A stretch of 64,000 nt of DNA. Origin: Fidelibacterota bacterium. GTDB taxonomy: Bacteria; Pseudomonadota; Alphaproteobacteria; Rhodospirillales; Rhodospirillaceae. Below, piece after piece: positions 9,233 to 20,229 of this stretch. The DNA lies in contig CANISR010000002.1 in the NCBI GenBank assembly GCA_947470105.1, positions 1,583 to 65,582 on the forward strand. Reading direction: 5' to 3'. How positions within the stretch are numbered: the first letter of the stretch is position 1; each line of letters begins with the position of its first letter. The notes below the pieces were generated by a model. That model had not been told where the DNA came from and searched no databases. It saw nothing but the letters and a program-made list of their open reading frames with translations. The position numbers were made by a program, and so were the translations under genes.

Positions 9233-10186
9233 ATGAATACCATGCGCGCTGGGCTTTTGCTGGCCGCGCTCACCGCCATCTTCGTTGCCGTCGGTTATTT
9301 CATCGGCGGCGGTCAGGGCATGGTCATCGCCTTCGGTGTGGCGGTGGCGACCAATGCCTTCGCTTATTGGAACTCCGACAAGATGGTCCTGCGCATGTAC
9401 GGCGCGCGGGAAGTGAATGCGGCCTCCGCGCCGGAGTTCTACGCCCTGGTGGCGCGGCTTGCCGCGCGGGCCAAGCTGCCCATGCCCAAGGTCTATATTC
9501 TCGACAGCGATCAGCCCAACGCCTTCGCCACCGGCCGCGACCCTGAACATGCGGCAGTAGCGGCCAGCAGCGGTTTGCTGCGCATTCTCAATGAACGCGA
9601 AATCGCCGGCGTCATGGCCCATGAACTCAGCCATGTACGCAACCGCGACACGCTGATCATGACAATCACCGCCACGCTCGCCGGCGCCATCGGCATGCTG
9701 GCGCATTTCGCGTTCTTCCTCGGCGGCCGGCGCGATGAGCGCGGTAGCGGCAACGCCATTGCCGCCATCGCCATGATGATCATCGCCCCCCTGGCGGCCG
9801 CATTGGTGCAGTTCGCCATCTCGCGCACCCGGGAATACGGCGCCGACGCCGGCGGCGCGGAGATCAGCGGCGATCCATTGGCTTTGGCGTCGGCGCTGTC
9901 GAAGCTGGAGCAGGCCGCCCACCAGGTGCCCAACGTCCAGGCCGAAGCCAACCCGGCCACGGCCCATATGTTCATCGTCAATCCGCTCAGCGGCCAGGGC
10001 ACGGACAATCTGTTCTCCACCCACCCGGCGGCGGGCAACCGCATCGCCCGCCTGCAGCAGATCGCCCGCAGCATGAATGCCGCCGCAGCACCTTCGAATC
10101 CGGTGCCGTCGCGCAGCGGAGCTCGCAGCGGGCCATGGGGCGAAGATGCGCCCCCCGTCCGCCGGCCCAAGGGTCCTTGGGGCTAA
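9233..10186 (+). CDS. htpX: zinc metalloprotease HtpX (M48 family)
   Basis: 317 aa. N-terminal TM helices, HELSH zinc motif, and HtpX-like [26 protein letters not shown] block. Confidence 0.9.
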   Translation: MNTMRAGLLLAALTAIFVAVGYFIGGGQGMVIAFGVAVATNAFAYWNSDKMVLRMYGAREVNAASAPEFYALVARLAARAKLPMPKVYILDSDQPNAFATGRDPEHAAVAASSGLLRILNEREIAGVMAHELSHVRNRDTLIMTITATLAGAIGMLAHFAFFLGGRRDERGSGNAIAAIAMMIIAPLAAALVQFAISRTREYGADAGGAEISGDPLALASALSKLEQAAHQVPNVQAEANPATAHMFIVNPLSGQGTDNLFSTHPAAGNRIARLQQIARSMNAAAAPSNPVPSRSGARSGPWGEDAPPVRRPKGPWG

Positions 10187-10227
10187 AATCGGGGGGTTAA
10201 GGCTGTCCTCGTCGGGGCGCATTCGCT

Positions 10228-11214
10228 ATGGATGCGCTCATGACCGACTTTGAACTCCCCACCCTCGCGTCCGTCGAAGCCGCCGCCGCGCTCATCAGCC
10301 CGGTGCTGACGCCGACAGCGCAGATCTGCTGGCCGCTGCTCAGCGCCCGGGCAGGCACGGAAGTCTGGGTGAAGCACGAAAACCACAATCCCACCGGCGC
10401 CTTCAAAGTGCGCGGCGGGCTCACCTATATGGCCGACCTCAAGGCCCGGGCACCGGAGACCACCGGCGTCATCGCCGCCACCCGCGGAAACCACGGCCAG
10501 AGCATCGCCCACGCGGCGCGCCGCTACGGTATGACCGCGACAATCGTGGTTCCGCGCGGGAATTCCAAGGAAAAGAACGCTGCAACAATGGCTTACGGGG
10601 CAGATTTGGTCGAGTACGGCGCCGATTTCCAGGAAGCCCTGGAGCACGCCGTGGCCCTGGGGGAGACCCGCAAACTCCACGCCGTGCCGTCCTTTGACAT
10701 GGGCTTGGTGCGCGGCGTGGCCACTTACGCGCTGGAAATGCTGCGCAGCATTTCTGACCTGGACACGGTCTATGTGCCCATCGGTTTGGGCTCCGGGATC
10801 GCCGGCATGATTGCCATGCGCGATGCTTTGGGGCTCGCGACCAAGGTCGTCGGCGTCGTGGCAGAAGGCGCTGCGGGCTATGCTCTGTCCTTCGCCGCCG
10901 GCCGGCCGGTGCCAACCAACCAGGCGATGACCGTGGCCGATGGATTGGCCGTCCGCACCCCGCACGCCCAAGCGGTGGAGATTGTGTGCAAGGGCGCCGA
11001 CCGCATCGTCACCGTCAGCGACGCGGAAATTCGCGCCGCCATGACCCACTACTACACCGACACCCACAATCTGGCCGAAGGGGCAGGCGCCGCCGGCTTG
11101 GCGGCTTTGCTGCAGGAAAAGCGCAGCATGGCTGGGAAGAAGGTCGGCGTGGTTCTCACCGGCGGCAATGTGGACCTGCCGGTCTATACCGGCATCGTCG
11201 GCGCACAGGCATAA
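10228..11214 (+). CDS. threonine/serine dehydratase family PLP enzyme
   Basis: 328 aa. HENHNPTGAFKVRGG PLP-lysine motif and glycine-rich GLGSGIAG loop of fold-type II PLP dehydratases. Confidence 0.8.
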   Translation: MDALMTDFELPTLASVEAAAALISPVLTPTAQICWPLLSARAGTEVWVKHENHNPTGAFKVRGGLTYMADLKARAPETTGVIAATRGNHGQSIAHAARRYGMTATIVVPRGNSKEKNAATMAYGADLVEYGADFQEALEHAVALGETRKLHAVPSFDMGLVRGVATYALEMLRSISDLDTVYVPIGLGSGIAGMIAMRDALGLATKVVGVVAEGAAGYALSFAAGRPVPTNQAMTVADGLAVRTPHAQAVEIVCKGADRIVTVSDAEIRAAMTHYYTDTHNLAEGAGAAGLAALLQEKRSMAGKKVGVVLTGGNVDLPVYTGIVGAQA

Positions 11215-11221
11215 CCCCCTC

Positions 11222-12550
11222 ATGGCACATAATAATCCGAATAAAAAATCGACCGCGCCACAAGGCGGCGAGCTGGCCTCGCGCACCGCGGCGCTGCAAT
11301 TGCTGCAGGCCGTGCTGCAGAAACACCGCAGCATAGATGACGCCTTTGACGCGGCCGCCCGGGGCTTAGAGCCCCGCGACCGGGCCTTCGTCCGGCTGCT
11401 GGTGGCCACCACGCTGCGCCGCCTGGGCCAGATCGACGCCGTTTTGATGGCGTTCGTAGCCAAGGAACCACCCCCCGATGTGCGCGATTTGCTGCGCCTC
11501 GGGGCTGCACAATTGCTGTTCCTGGGCACGGCGCCCCATGCGGCCGTGGCCACCACCGTGGAGCTGGTGAAGCCCAAATACGGCCGGCTTTCGGGCCTCG
11601 CCAACGCGGTCATGCGCAAGGTCGCTGACCAAGGCCCTGGCCTCCTCGCGGGTCAGGATGCTGCCAGGCTCAATACCGCCGACTGGATGTGGGACGCCTG
11701 GGTCGGGACGTACGGCGACCCCGCCGCCCGTGCCACCGCCGAAGCCCATCTGCTGGAAGCGCCCCTGGATCTGAGCCTGAAGGACGCCGGCAGTGCGGCC
11801 GCCTGGGCCGCGCAGCTCGGAGGAATCCCGCTCCCCACCGGCGGCGTGCGCCTGCCCAAGGGCGGTCGGGTGCCTGAACTGGAAGGCTATAACGACGGCG
11901 ACTGGTGGGTGCAGGACGCGGCCGCCACCCTGCCGGCGAAGATTTTGCTGCACGCTTTGGGTGCGAAGAAGCCGCAGCATATCGGCGACATTTGCGCGGC
12001 CCCCGGCGGCAAAAGCGCTCAGCTAGCGGCGGCCGGACATACCGTCACGTCGGTGGATGTCTCGGCTCAGCGCCTGGGCCTCATGACAACGAACTTGAAG
12101 CGGCTGAAACTCGACGTGCGGACCGTCACCGCCGACGCCCGCACCTGGCGCCCCGAGACGTTATTCGATGGCCTGCTGCTGGACGCACCCTGCTCGGCTA
12201 CCGGCACCATCCGGCGCCACCCGGACCTGCCGTTCCTCAAGCGCCCCACCGATCTTGCCGGCTTCGTCACGCTGCAGACCGAGTTGCTGAAAGCCGTAGT
12301 GGAGATGGTCAAACCCGGCGCTCCCATCGTCTACAGCGTCTGTTCGCTGCAGCCGGAGGAGCGCGATGCCGTGGTTAATGCGGTGATGGCGGAGAGCAAC
12401 CTGACCCGACTGAAAATCCCCGCGGCGGCGGTGGGCGGCGAAAGCCAATTCCTGACCCGGGACGGCGAGCTGCGCACGCTGCCGAGCCAATGGGCCGAAC
12501 TTGGCGGCGTCGATGGCTTCTACGGCTGTCTGCTGCAGCGGACGGTTTAG
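11222..12550 (+). CDS. rsmB: 16S rRNA (cytosine-C5)-methyltransferase RsmB/Sun family
   Basis: NusB-like N-terminal region. DICAAPGGKS SAM motif, DAPCSATGTIRRHPD and YSVCSLQPEE catalytic Cys motifs. ATG at 11222 chosen rather than the ORF-track start at 11168, which overlaps the upstream gene. Confidence 0.85.
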   Translation: MAHNNPNKKSTAPQGGELASRTAALQLLQAVLQKHRSIDDAFDAAARGLEPRDRAFVRLLVATTLRRLGQIDAVLMAFVAKEPPPDVRDLLRLGAAQLLFLGTAPHAAVATTVELVKPKYGRLSGLANAVMRKVADQGPGLLAGQDAARLNTADWMWDAWVGTYGDPAARATAEAHLLEAPLDLSLKDAGSAAAWAAQLGGIPLPTGGVRLPKGGRVPELEGYNDGDWWVQDAAATLPAKILLHALGAKKPQHIGDICAAPGGKSAQLAAAGHTVTSVDVSAQRLGLMTTNLKRLKLDVRTVTADARTWRPETLFDGLLLDAPCSATGTIRRHPDLPFLKRPTDLAGFVTLQTELLKAVVEMVKPGAPIVYSVCSLQPEERDAVVNAVMAESNLTRLKIPAAAVGGESQFLTRDGELRTLPSQWAELGGVDGFYGCLLQRTV

Positions 12551-13260
12551 CTCTTACGTCCCCGCACGAAAATGTAGTCGCCGCGCCGCGCACTGTTCAG
12601 CAGGAACACGGTGTAGATCAGGTGCGACATGAGTTTCTTGCCGGGGCCGAAGGCGCCCATGGTGCCGCGGTTGCCGATGGTCTCCAGCAGGTCCCGGTAC
12701 AGCGGCGAATAGAACGGGAAACCCCATGCGATGGTCTTATCTACTGTCAGTCCCGCCGCCGTCATCTTGGCCGCCAGCTCGCCTTTGGCGTAGTTACGCA
12801 TATGGCCGATGTCGGCCTCGAAGCGGCGCATGCGCCCCTGCAGGGTCGCCACCACCACAGCACCGCCGGATGCGGTCATGGCAGCCATGTTATTGAGGGC
12901 GGCTTGATCGTCGGCGATATGCTCGACCACGTCGGCGCAGACCACCAGGTCGAAGGCCTTGTTGAGGCGCGCTGTTGAGACATCGAGCGCCGACACATCC
13001 GCGCCCGGTAGTCCGCGTTTCGCCAAGGCCACCGCGTTTTCGGAAATCTCCACACCCGCGAGCGCCGCGCCCGGATGCGCCGCGGCCAAGGCCGCCAGCA
13101 ACGAACCCTCGCCGCAGCCCACATCCAGGATCGAACGCGGGTTGAGGCCTCCGGTCATCTCGCGCATGAGCCGGCGGGAATGGCGCGCCATGGGGCCGTA
13201 GCGGCGCATGTCGTCCCAGCCGCCGGACCAGATCTGGTCGTACGAGGGAGCCGCAGTCAC
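12547..13260 (-). CDS. class I SAM-dependent methyltransferase
   Basis: ILDVGCGEGSLL SAM motif I and DLVVCADVVEHI motif. GTG start at 13260 overlaps the GT4 stop as GTGA (13257-13260), which suggests translational coupling. The longer ORF-track start at 13446 would lie inside the GT4 gene. Confidence 0.8.
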   Translation of the reverse strand: MTAAPSYDQIWSGGWDDMRRYGPMARHSRRLMREMTGGLNPRSILDVGCGEGSLLAALAAAHPGAALAGVEISENAVALAKRGLPGADVSALDVSTARLNKAFDLVVCADVVEHIADDQAALNNMAAMTASGGAVVVATLQGRMRRFEADIGHMRNYAKGELAAKMTAAGLTVDKTIAWGFPFYSPLYRDLLETIGNRGTMGAFGPGKKLMSHLIYTVFLLNSARRGDYIFVRGRKS

Positions 13261-14444
13261 GTCTCGGTGCTCTCTGATGCGATGGCCTTTGTCTCGACGC
13301 CTTTGGCGATGATCTGCTCCATGACGCTCATCCAGGCGGTGGCGACAATGTCCCAGCCGAAGGTGGTTTCCACCCGCTGGCGCCCTGCGCGCCCGAAGGC
13401 TTCGCGCCGGGGCTCGTCCTTTATGAGCGCCGCCAGCGCCGCGCACAGCGCATCGGCGTCTTCCGGCGCCACCAACAATCCGGTCTCACCCTGTATCACC
13501 ACTTCGCCTGTGCCCGCGACCCGTGTGCCCACCACAGGTAATCCAGCGGCCATGGCTTCCAGCAGCGCGTTGGCCATACCTTCGTCCCGCGACGGCAACA
13601 CGAAGATATCGCCGCTGCGATAGATGGCGGGGAGCTCTTCCTTGGTAACCCATCCGCGCAGGTCCAGCCGGTCGGCGAGGCCCACACGCGCTGCCTCACC
13701 CGCGATGGGTGGCCACTCGGGCCCGTCGCCCACCAGGATCAGACGCCACCTGATGGCGAGGTCCATTTTCGCCAGGGCGGTGATCAGTACATCGAGGCCC
13801 TTCTGCTTCACCAGCCGTCCGACGAACAGCAGGTTCACCGGGCCGGTTTGCCTGTAGTCGGTCTTCGGCGCGATGCCGGTGAGATCGGCGCCGGCGGGGA
13901 TCATGCCGATGGTGGCGCTGGGGTCGTGGGTGCGCGCCAGCGTGGCGAGGCCTTGGGAATTCGCGACCACGGCATTGGCGTCATGCCATAGGGCGCTGAT
14001 CACGCCGCCGGTGAGTTTGTGATAGAGGCGCATGCGCCCCGGATCGAACCCGGGTACGTCGCCGCCCTGCAGCGAAATGGCGTAAGGGATGTGGCAGGCG
14101 CGTTTCAGGTACCAGGCCACCGGCGCCGACGGCAGGGCGAAGAACGCCAGCACGGCCTCGATTTTCCACTGCCGCGCCAAAGCGGGTGCGGTGAGCAGTG
14201 CTGCGACGATGAACGCCAGCATCTCGAACACCGAGCAGCGGTCCCGGCGCCGGCGCAGGGCGTTGATGCGGCGGATGGTCACGCCGCCGTCCATTTCCGT
14301 GGCGGGCAGGTCGCCGCAGCGGGCGGTCAGCACATAGACCTGGTGGCCCATGCGCGCGAAGGCGCGGGCGGTTTGCTGGGTGGCGTTACCGCCGCCCCCG
14401 CCGAGGGGTGGATACTCGTAGTTAATGAGGAGAATGCAAGACAC
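13257..14444 (-). CDS. glycosyltransferase family 4 (GT-B, group 1)
   Basis: 395 aa. YPPLGGGGG N-terminal glycine loop. C-terminal EGMANALLEAMAAGLPVVGTRVAGTGEVV (E-x7-E region) typical of GT4. Confidence 0.85.
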   Translation of the reverse strand: MSCILLINYEYPPLGGGGGNATQQTARAFARMGHQVYVLTARCGDLPATEMDGGVTIRRINALRRRRDRCSVFEMLAFIVAALLTAPALARQWKIEAVLAFFALPSAPVAWYLKRACHIPYAISLQGGDVPGFDPGRMRLYHKLTGGVISALWHDANAVVANSQGLATLARTHDPSATIGMIPAGADLTGIAPKTDYRQTGPVNLLFVGRLVKQKGLDVLITALAKMDLAIRWRLILVGDGPEWPPIAGEAARVGLADRLDLRGWVTKEELPAIYRSGDIFVLPSRDEGMANALLEAMAAGLPVVGTRVAGTGEVVIQGETGLLVAPEDADALCAALAALIKDEPRREAFGRAGRQRVETTFGWDIVATAWMSVMEQIIAKGVETKAIASESTET

Positions 14445-14475
14445 GACTTTGAATTTGCCCTAATCCGTAACCTTC

Positions 14476-15402
14476 ATGCGACCTAAGAATTTTTCCCCGA
14501 AGGCTGCAACCACCCTGGTGCTCAAAATCGGCATCAGCGTGGCGTTGCTTGCCTTGGTTCTGTCACGGGTGCCGCTGCAGGAGGCGCTGGCGGCCGCGGC
14601 AGGTCTTACACCCTCTGCAGCCGCTTTGGCGATCCTCAGCTATTTCGCGGCCCATGCGGTCAATGCGGGCAAGCTCCGGGTGCTGCTGCCCGGTCTGTCC
14701 CTGTGGCAGGCGTGGCGCTTCACCATGATCGCGGTGCTGTTCGGCACCGCCTTGCCGGGTCAGCTCGCCGGCGACGCGGTCAAAGCCTTCCGCCTGGCCC
14801 GGGCCGCACCCGATGTGGGCGAAGTGACCGCGGCCGTGGCCGCGGTGGCGGTGGACAAGATCATTGGCATGTTCGCGCTGCTGCTCCTGACCGCCATCGG
14901 GCTCGGGCTCAATGCCGCCACCTTCGGCGAAGAGGTCGTCATCGCCGCCGGTGTGATCACGGTGCTCATTCCGGTGGGGCTGATGGTGGTGCTTCTGGCG
15001 CCGCTACCGGCGTGGCTGGGCAAATGGGGTCAGGAATTCGCCGCCTGGCGCACCGTGGCGTTGACGCCGTCCGCACTGCTGCGCTCCCTGGCGCTGGGGG
15101 TTCTGTTTCAGATCCTCTCCATCGCCACCTTCGACATTCTGGGCGACGCTCTCGGCATAGATCTGCCGCTCACCGCCTGGGCGGTCATCGTCGGGCTCAT
15201 CTCCGTGATCCTGCTACTGCCGGTGACGGTGGCCGGCCTCGGCTTGCGCGAGGGTTCACTGGTAGCGGTGCTGGCCATGGTCGGCGAAGGCCGCGGGCCG
15301 GCCCTGGCGCTGTCCTTCGCGCTGCTGGCCATCAATCTGCTCGGCGCCGGCGTGGGCCTGATCGTGGACCTCACCGGCCGGGACAAGAACTCGTCAGCGT
15401 GA
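14476..15402 (+). CDS. flippase-like / lysylphosphatidylglycerol-synthase-TM-region family (UPF0104) membrane protein
   Basis: 308 aa, about 8 predicted hydrophobic helices. N-terminal K-x-G-I-S-x-x-L-L layout as in UPF0104 proteins. Family call made from overall pattern only. Confidence 0.65.
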   Translation: MRPKNFSPKAATTLVLKIGISVALLALVLSRVPLQEALAAAAGLTPSAAALAILSYFAAHAVNAGKLRVLLPGLSLWQAWRFTMIAVLFGTALPGQLAGDAVKAFRLARAAPDVGEVTAAVAAVAVDKIIGMFALLLLTAIGLGLNAATFGEEVVIAAGVITVLIPVGLMVVLLAPLPAWLGKWGQEFAAWRTVALTPSALLRSLALGVLFQILSIATFDILGDALGIDLPLTAWAVIVGLISVILLLPVTVAGLGLREGSLVAVLAMVGEGRGPALALSFALLAINLLGAGVGLIVDLTGRDKNSSA

Positions 15403-16296
15403 TTTCGTCACGGTGATAATCAGCGGCGTCCAGCCCTGAAGGGCGATGATCGCGGCGGCTGCGAGGCGATTGATGCCGAGCGCGTGACCCAGCCGCACAA
15501 GCTTGCCCACGGTGCCCAGCGCCATCCACCGCCCCACGTCGGCGCCGGTCATGCGCTCGCGGAATTTGTCCTGGCCTAAAGTATGGATCGTCAATGGCGT
15601 CGTGCGGGCAATGGCGCGCAACTGGCGGCGCACCCAGAACGGGTTGATCTCGGTGCGGATGGTGGCGGCGAACCACGGGTCCTTGCGGTAGACCCACTTC
15701 ATCCACCAGCGGAAGAAGCCGTTCCAGAAAATCGGCGGGTGGATGGCCGCATAGTGGCCGTCGAAATAGGACAGGTAGTTGGGGCACACGATCTGCAAGG
15801 TGCCGCCGGGCCGCAACACCCGCACGGCCTCACGCAGCACTTGGGCCGGGTCTTCCACATGCTCCAGCACATTGGATGAATAGACGATGTCGAAGGTGGC
15901 GTCGGCGAAGGGCAGTTTCTCGCCGGGTGCATTCTTGATGCGCGCCGGGTCCAGGCCGTTGGCCTGGATGAGCGCGCGGGCGATGGCGGCGGAATTGGCG
16001 AAGCCTTCGCCCTCGGGCTCCACGCCCCAGCCGTCCACCGCATACTTCTTGCGCCAGACGATATGATTGACGCCGCAGCCGGTGCCGATCTCCAGCACGG
16101 TCTTGCCGTTGAGCGGAACATAAGCCGCAAGCACGCCGGCCATGTCCTCGGCCTTGCGCGGATCCAGTGTGTCGTCGGCGTATTTGGCGGGCGTGATGCC
16201 CATCTGTTTTTTGAACAGCTCACCCTGGCTGTCGCGCAGCCGCGTCCAGGCCTCGGGGGTGATCGTGCAAAAGGGCGTCGAGAGACCAGAGTCCAT
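15394..16296 (-). CDS. class I SAM-dependent methyltransferase
   Basis: VLEIGTGCGVNH motif I and FDIVYSSNVLEHV motif. The start codon shares one nucleotide with the asnB-like stop (TAATG at 16294-16298). Confidence 0.8.
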   Translation of the reverse strand: MDSGLSTPFCTITPEAWTRLRDSQGELFKKQMGITPAKYADDTLDPRKAEDMAGVLAAYVPLNGKTVLEIGTGCGVNHIVWRKKYAVDGWGVEPEGEGFANSAAIARALIQANGLDPARIKNAPGEKLPFADATFDIVYSSNVLEHVEDPAQVLREAVRVLRPGGTLQIVCPNYLSYFDGHYAAIHPPIFWNGFFRWWMKWVYRKDPWFAATIRTEINPFWVRRQLRAIARTTPLTIHTLGQDKFRERMTGADVGRWMALGTVGKLVRLGHALGINRLAAAAIIALQGWTPLIITVTKSR

Positions 16297-18149
16297 TACG
16301 CCGCTTTCTTAAGGCCATGGCTGACGGCGATCCAGCACCACAACGCCAGGCGCTCATCGGACTTCCTGGTGCGGTGGATATCCCAGCGCCGTGCCAGCAT
16401 ATCCCGGTTGGCGTAAGGCACGGTGTCCCGCGGCGGTTCCCAATGCCGCAACCAGCGCGCTAGGGGAATGCCGAAGCCTTTCTTGGGCCGGGACAGAACA
16501 TCGGCCGGCACGCGTTTGGCCAGGGCTTCTTTCAAAATCCATTTGGTGACGCCGCCGTGCAGCTTCACCTGCCACGGCAGACGTCGGACGAAATCCACCA
16601 CATGATTGTCCAGGAACGGCGCGCGCGCTTCCAGCGACACCATCATGCTTGCCCGGTCGGCTTTGGTGAGTATGCCGTCGGTAAGATAGAAGCGCGTATA
16701 GAAATCGAGCACGCGATCGACGCGATGCGGGCTCGGGCAGGCGTCCCAGGCGGCAATGGCCTCGCTGTAGAGTTCTTCGGCAGAGATCTTGGTCGCGAAC
16801 AGATCTGCGATCTCATCGGGTTGTAGTGGCGCCAGCCACAAGGGGTTCCACAGTTTGTCCGGATGCTTGAGGCCCTTGAGCCCCCGGTTCAGGACAAAGT
16901 CGAAGCTCATATTCTGCTCCGACACCGGCAGGCGCGCGGCCACCGCTTTCACCGCCGCATGCACGGGGCCCGGCACCAGCGCGTCATACAGCGCCGCGCG
17001 GCCCAGCACCTTGAACGGATCGTAGCCCGCGAACAATTCATCACCGCCGTCACCGGACAAGGCCACGGTCACATGCTTGCGGGCGAAGGCCGCCAGGATG
17101 GCCGTGGGCAGGATCGAGCTGTCGCCCACAGGTTCGCCGACGGCGTCGAGCAGCGCCGGCAATTGATCGCGGGCGGATTCCAGATGGCAGATTTCCAGGT
17201 GATGCGTGGCGCCGATATACCGCGCGACCTTCTCCGCGTATTGGGATTCATCGAAGCTGTCTTCGCGAAATCCAATGGCAAAGGTCTTGAGGTCAGCCGG
17301 CGCGCGGCTTTGCGCCGCGTAGCCCAACACCGCGCTGGAATCCACGCCGCCCGAGAGGAAGATGCCCACCGGCACATCGGCCTCAAGGCGCAACGCAACC
17401 GCCTTGCCGAGCAGCTCATCCAGCTCTTCGGCCCAATCGTTGACGCTGCCTTTGGGTGCTTCGCCGGCCGTGATCTGGAATGTCCAGTAGGCGTGGATCT
17501 CCCGTTGTCCGGTGGCGACGTCGATGGACATCAGGTGTCCGGCGGGCAGCTTGGCGATGTTTTCATAAGGGGTATGAGCGCCCGGGAAAAACCCGTGGGC
17601 GAAGAATTTCATCAGTCCGATCTTGGACGGCGTTGCCGCCTTGAACGCCGGATGCGCCAGGATGGCGCGCAGTTCCGAACCGAACGCGAAGCAGTCGCCG
17701 CGCACACCATAGAACAGGGGCTTCTCGCCGAAGCGGTCCCGGCCCAGCACCAGTTTCTTGCGATGCCGGTCGTAGATGGCCACGGCAAACATGCCGTTGA
17801 GGCGCGCGAACAGGTCTTCGCCCCAGGCCTTGTAGCCCTGCACCAGCACTTCGGTATCGGAGTGATCGCTGGTGAAACGATGCCCCAGCGCCGTGAGTTC
17901 GCGCCTGAGGTCCCGGTGGTTATAGATCTCGCCGTTCTGGATGACGCAGATGTCGCCTTGGGAGTCCCACATGGGCTGGGCGCCCCCGGCGATATCCACA
18001 ACCGCCAGCCGCCGGCTGCCGAGGAAGACCGGAAGATGCTGGTCGGCGAAATAGCCGTCGGCATCGGGACCGCGGTGGATGATGGCGTCGGTCATGGCGC
18101 GCAGGTCGGTAGCGCTGCCCGGGCCGACGAAGCCCGCGATCCCGCACAT
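16296..18149 (-). CDS. asnB: asparagine synthase (glutamine-hydrolysing) family amidotransferase
   Basis: 617 aa. MCGIAG Ntn-Cys N-terminus and SGGVDSS PP-loop. Sits in a glycosyltransferase operon, as polysaccharide-amidating AsnB paralogues do. Confidence 0.9.
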   Translation of the reverse strand: MCGIAGFVGPGSATDLRAMTDAIIHRGPDADGYFADQHLPVFLGSRRLAVVDIAGGAQPMWDSQGDICVIQNGEIYNHRDLRRELTALGHRFTSDHSDTEVLVQGYKAWGEDLFARLNGMFAVAIYDRHRKKLVLGRDRFGEKPLFYGVRGDCFAFGSELRAILAHPAFKAATPSKIGLMKFFAHGFFPGAHTPYENIAKLPAGHLMSIDVATGQREIHAYWTFQITAGEAPKGSVNDWAEELDELLGKAVALRLEADVPVGIFLSGGVDSSAVLGYAAQSRAPADLKTFAIGFREDSFDESQYAEKVARYIGATHHLEICHLESARDQLPALLDAVGEPVGDSSILPTAILAAFARKHVTVALSGDGGDELFAGYDPFKVLGRAALYDALVPGPVHAAVKAVAARLPVSEQNMSFDFVLNRGLKGLKHPDKLWNPLWLAPLQPDEIADLFATKISAEELYSEAIAAWDACPSPHRVDRVLDFYTRFYLTDGILTKADRASMMVSLEARAPFLDNHVVDFVRRLPWQVKLHGGVTKWILKEALAKRVPADVLSRPKKGFGIPLARWLRHWEPPRDTVPYANRDMLARRWDIHRTRKSDERLALWCWIAVSHGLKKAA

Positions 18150-18150
18150 C

Positions 18151-19224
18151 TTAAATTATGCGGCGGACGTCGCCCCGCTGCTCGCCAGCAGGTGCGATAT
18201 TGATGCGCTCTTTCACCGTGTACTGGGTCTTGTTCTGGGCCTCGTAGTAAATGCGCACCAGCACTTCCGCCAGCAGTCCCATGAGAATGCACATAACCCC
18301 GGTGATGAAGCCCAGGGTGAACAACAGCGGCAGCGGGGTTTCGATGAACGACGTGGCGCGGAAGAACTTGAGGTACAGGGCATAGAGCCCGGCGAACAGC
18401 GACACGGCGAAGAAGCCCAGGCCCACGGTTCCGAAGATATAGATCGGCTTGGCCTCGTACTGGGTGAGGAACTTCACCACCAGCAGATCGAGCATAACCT
18501 TGAAGATGCGGGTCAGGCCGTATTTGGACTTCCCGGCCTTGCGCGCGTGGTGGGTGACCGGCAACTCGGCGATGCGCGCACCCTGCCATTTGGCGTAGAT
18601 CGGCACAAAGCGGTGCATTTCGCCGTAGAGGCGGAAGCCTTCCAGCACCTCGCGGCGATAGGCCTTCAGGGTGCAGCCGTAATCGTTCAGGCGCACGCCC
18701 GACACCCAGCTGATGAGGCTGTTGGCGAGCTTGCTGGGCAGGGTGCGGGTGAAAAACGCGTCCTTGCGGTTCTTGCGCCAGCCGGACACCACGTCGAAAC
18801 CTTCGTCCATCTTGGTCAGCAGCCGGCCGATATCGGCGGGGTCGTTCTGCATGTCCCCGTCCATGGGCACGATCACCGCGCCCTGGGCATGGTCGATGCC
18901 GGCCATCATGGCGGCTGTCTGGCCCACATTGCGCTTGAAGGAGATCACTTTGACCTGGCTATGGGCGCGCGCCGCCACGGCCAGCTTTTCGCCGGTGCCG
19001 TCGCTGGAGCCGTCGTCGATGACGATGATCTCGTAAGGGCGCGCCAGGGCATCCATGGCGGGCAGCAGGGCGCTCATCAACGAGTCGATGTTTTCGGCCT
19101 CGTCGAAGATCGGAATGATGACCGAAACCAGATCGCGGTTGCTCACGCCCGAACCCCTTCCTATATGCCACCTTTTGTACGGCGGCGCGGGCGGCGGACA
19201 AAGCGGAAATTCGCAGCTTGTCAA
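18151..19224 (-). CDS. glycosyltransferase family 2, polyprenyl-phosphate sugar transferase type (GtrB/ArnC/DPM1-like)
   Basis: VSVIIPIFDEAENI...IIVIDDGSSDGT and VPMDGDMQNDP (DxD) motifs plus two C-terminal TM helices. An alternative GTG start at 19146 with an upstream GGAAGG is possible. Confidence 0.85.
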   Translation of the reverse strand: MTSCEFPLCPPPAPPYKRWHIGRGSGVSNRDLVSVIIPIFDEAENIDSLMSALLPAMDALARPYEIIVIDDGSSDGTGEKLAVAARAHSQVKVISFKRNVGQTAAMMAGIDHAQGAVIVPMDGDMQNDPADIGRLLTKMDEGFDVVSGWRKNRKDAFFTRTLPSKLANSLISWVSGVRLNDYGCTLKAYRREVLEGFRLYGEMHRFVPIYAKWQGARIAELPVTHHARKAGKSKYGLTRIFKVMLDLLVVKFLTQYEAKPIYIFGTVGLGFFAVSLFAGLYALYLKFFRATSFIETPLPLLFTLGFITGVMCILMGLLAEVLVRIYYEAQNKTQYTVKERINIAPAGEQRGDVRRII

Positions 19225-19285
19225 AGGGATAGGCTGTCATTCCCGCCGCACCCCGTGATACAACCCTGCTCCCTCACACGCTTAT

Positions 19286-20218
19286 ATGATTCATATGCCC
19301 TCGATCATCAGCGTTGCCGACCTCTCCAAAACCTATAAGTCCGGCCTGTCCGCGCTGTCCGGGATCAATCTCGAGATCGAGCGCGGCGAGATCTTCGCGC
19401 TGCTGGGCCCCAACGGCGCCGGCAAGACCACGCTCATCAACATCATCTGCGGCATCGTCACGCCCTCGGGTGGCAAGGTCACGGCCGACGGCCACGACAT
19501 CATCACCGACTACCGTGCGGCTCGGACCAAGATCGGCCTGGTGCCCCAGGAGCTCACCACCAGCGCTTTCGAAACCGTATGGGCGACCGTGAGCTTCAGC
19601 CGCGGGCTGTTCGGCAAGCCCGCCAATCCCGCCATCATCGAGAAAATCCTCAAAGACCTGTCTTTATGGGACAAGCGCGATTCCAAGATCCGCCAGCTCT
19701 CGGGCGGCATGAAGCGCCGGGTCCTGATCGCCAAGGCCTTGGCGCATGAGCCCACCATCCTGTTCCTGGACGAGCCCACCGCCGGCGTGGACGTGGAGCT
19801 GCGCCGCGACATGTGGAACATGGTGCGCAAGCTGCGCGAGGCCGGCGTCACCATCATCCTCACAACTCACTACATCGATGAAGCCGAAGAGATGGCCGAC
19901 CGTATCGGCGTCATCAACAAGGGCCAGATCATCCTGGTAGAGGAAAAGGCCAGCCTGATGCGGAAATTGGGGCGCAAGCAGTTGTCGCTGCAGCTCCATG
20001 ACAAGCTCGAGAGCGTGCCCGACGCGCTGGCGTCATACAAACTCGAACTGGCGCCATCGGGCCTTGAACTCACCTACACCTACGATGCCCAGGCTGAATC
20101 GCGTATCCCGAACCTGCTCACGGCCATCAGCGGCGCCGGCATCGTGTTCAAGGACCTGCACACCAGCCAGAGCTCGCTGGAAGACATCTTCGTCAACCTC
20201 GTTAGCAACCGCGCGTAG
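19286..20218 (+). CDS. ABC transporter ATP-binding protein (ABC-2 / YadG-like)
   Basis: Walker [10 protein letters not shown], signature LSGGMKRR, Walker [13 protein letters not shown]. Confidence 0.9.
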   Translation: MIHMPSIISVADLSKTYKSGLSALSGINLEIERGEIFALLGPNGAGKTTLINIICGIVTPSGGKVTADGHDIITDYRAARTKIGLVPQELTTSAFETVWATVSFSRGLFGKPANPAIIEKILKDLSLWDKRDSKIRQLSGGMKRRVLIAKALAHEPTILFLDEPTAGVDVELRRDMWNMVRKLREAGVTIILTTHYIDEAEEMADRIGVINKGQIILVEEKASLMRKLGRKQLSLQLHDKLESVPDALASYKLELAPSGLELTYTYDAQAESRIPNLLTAISGAGIVFKDLHTSQSSLEDIFVNLVSNRA

Positions 20219-20229
20219 AGGGCGATACT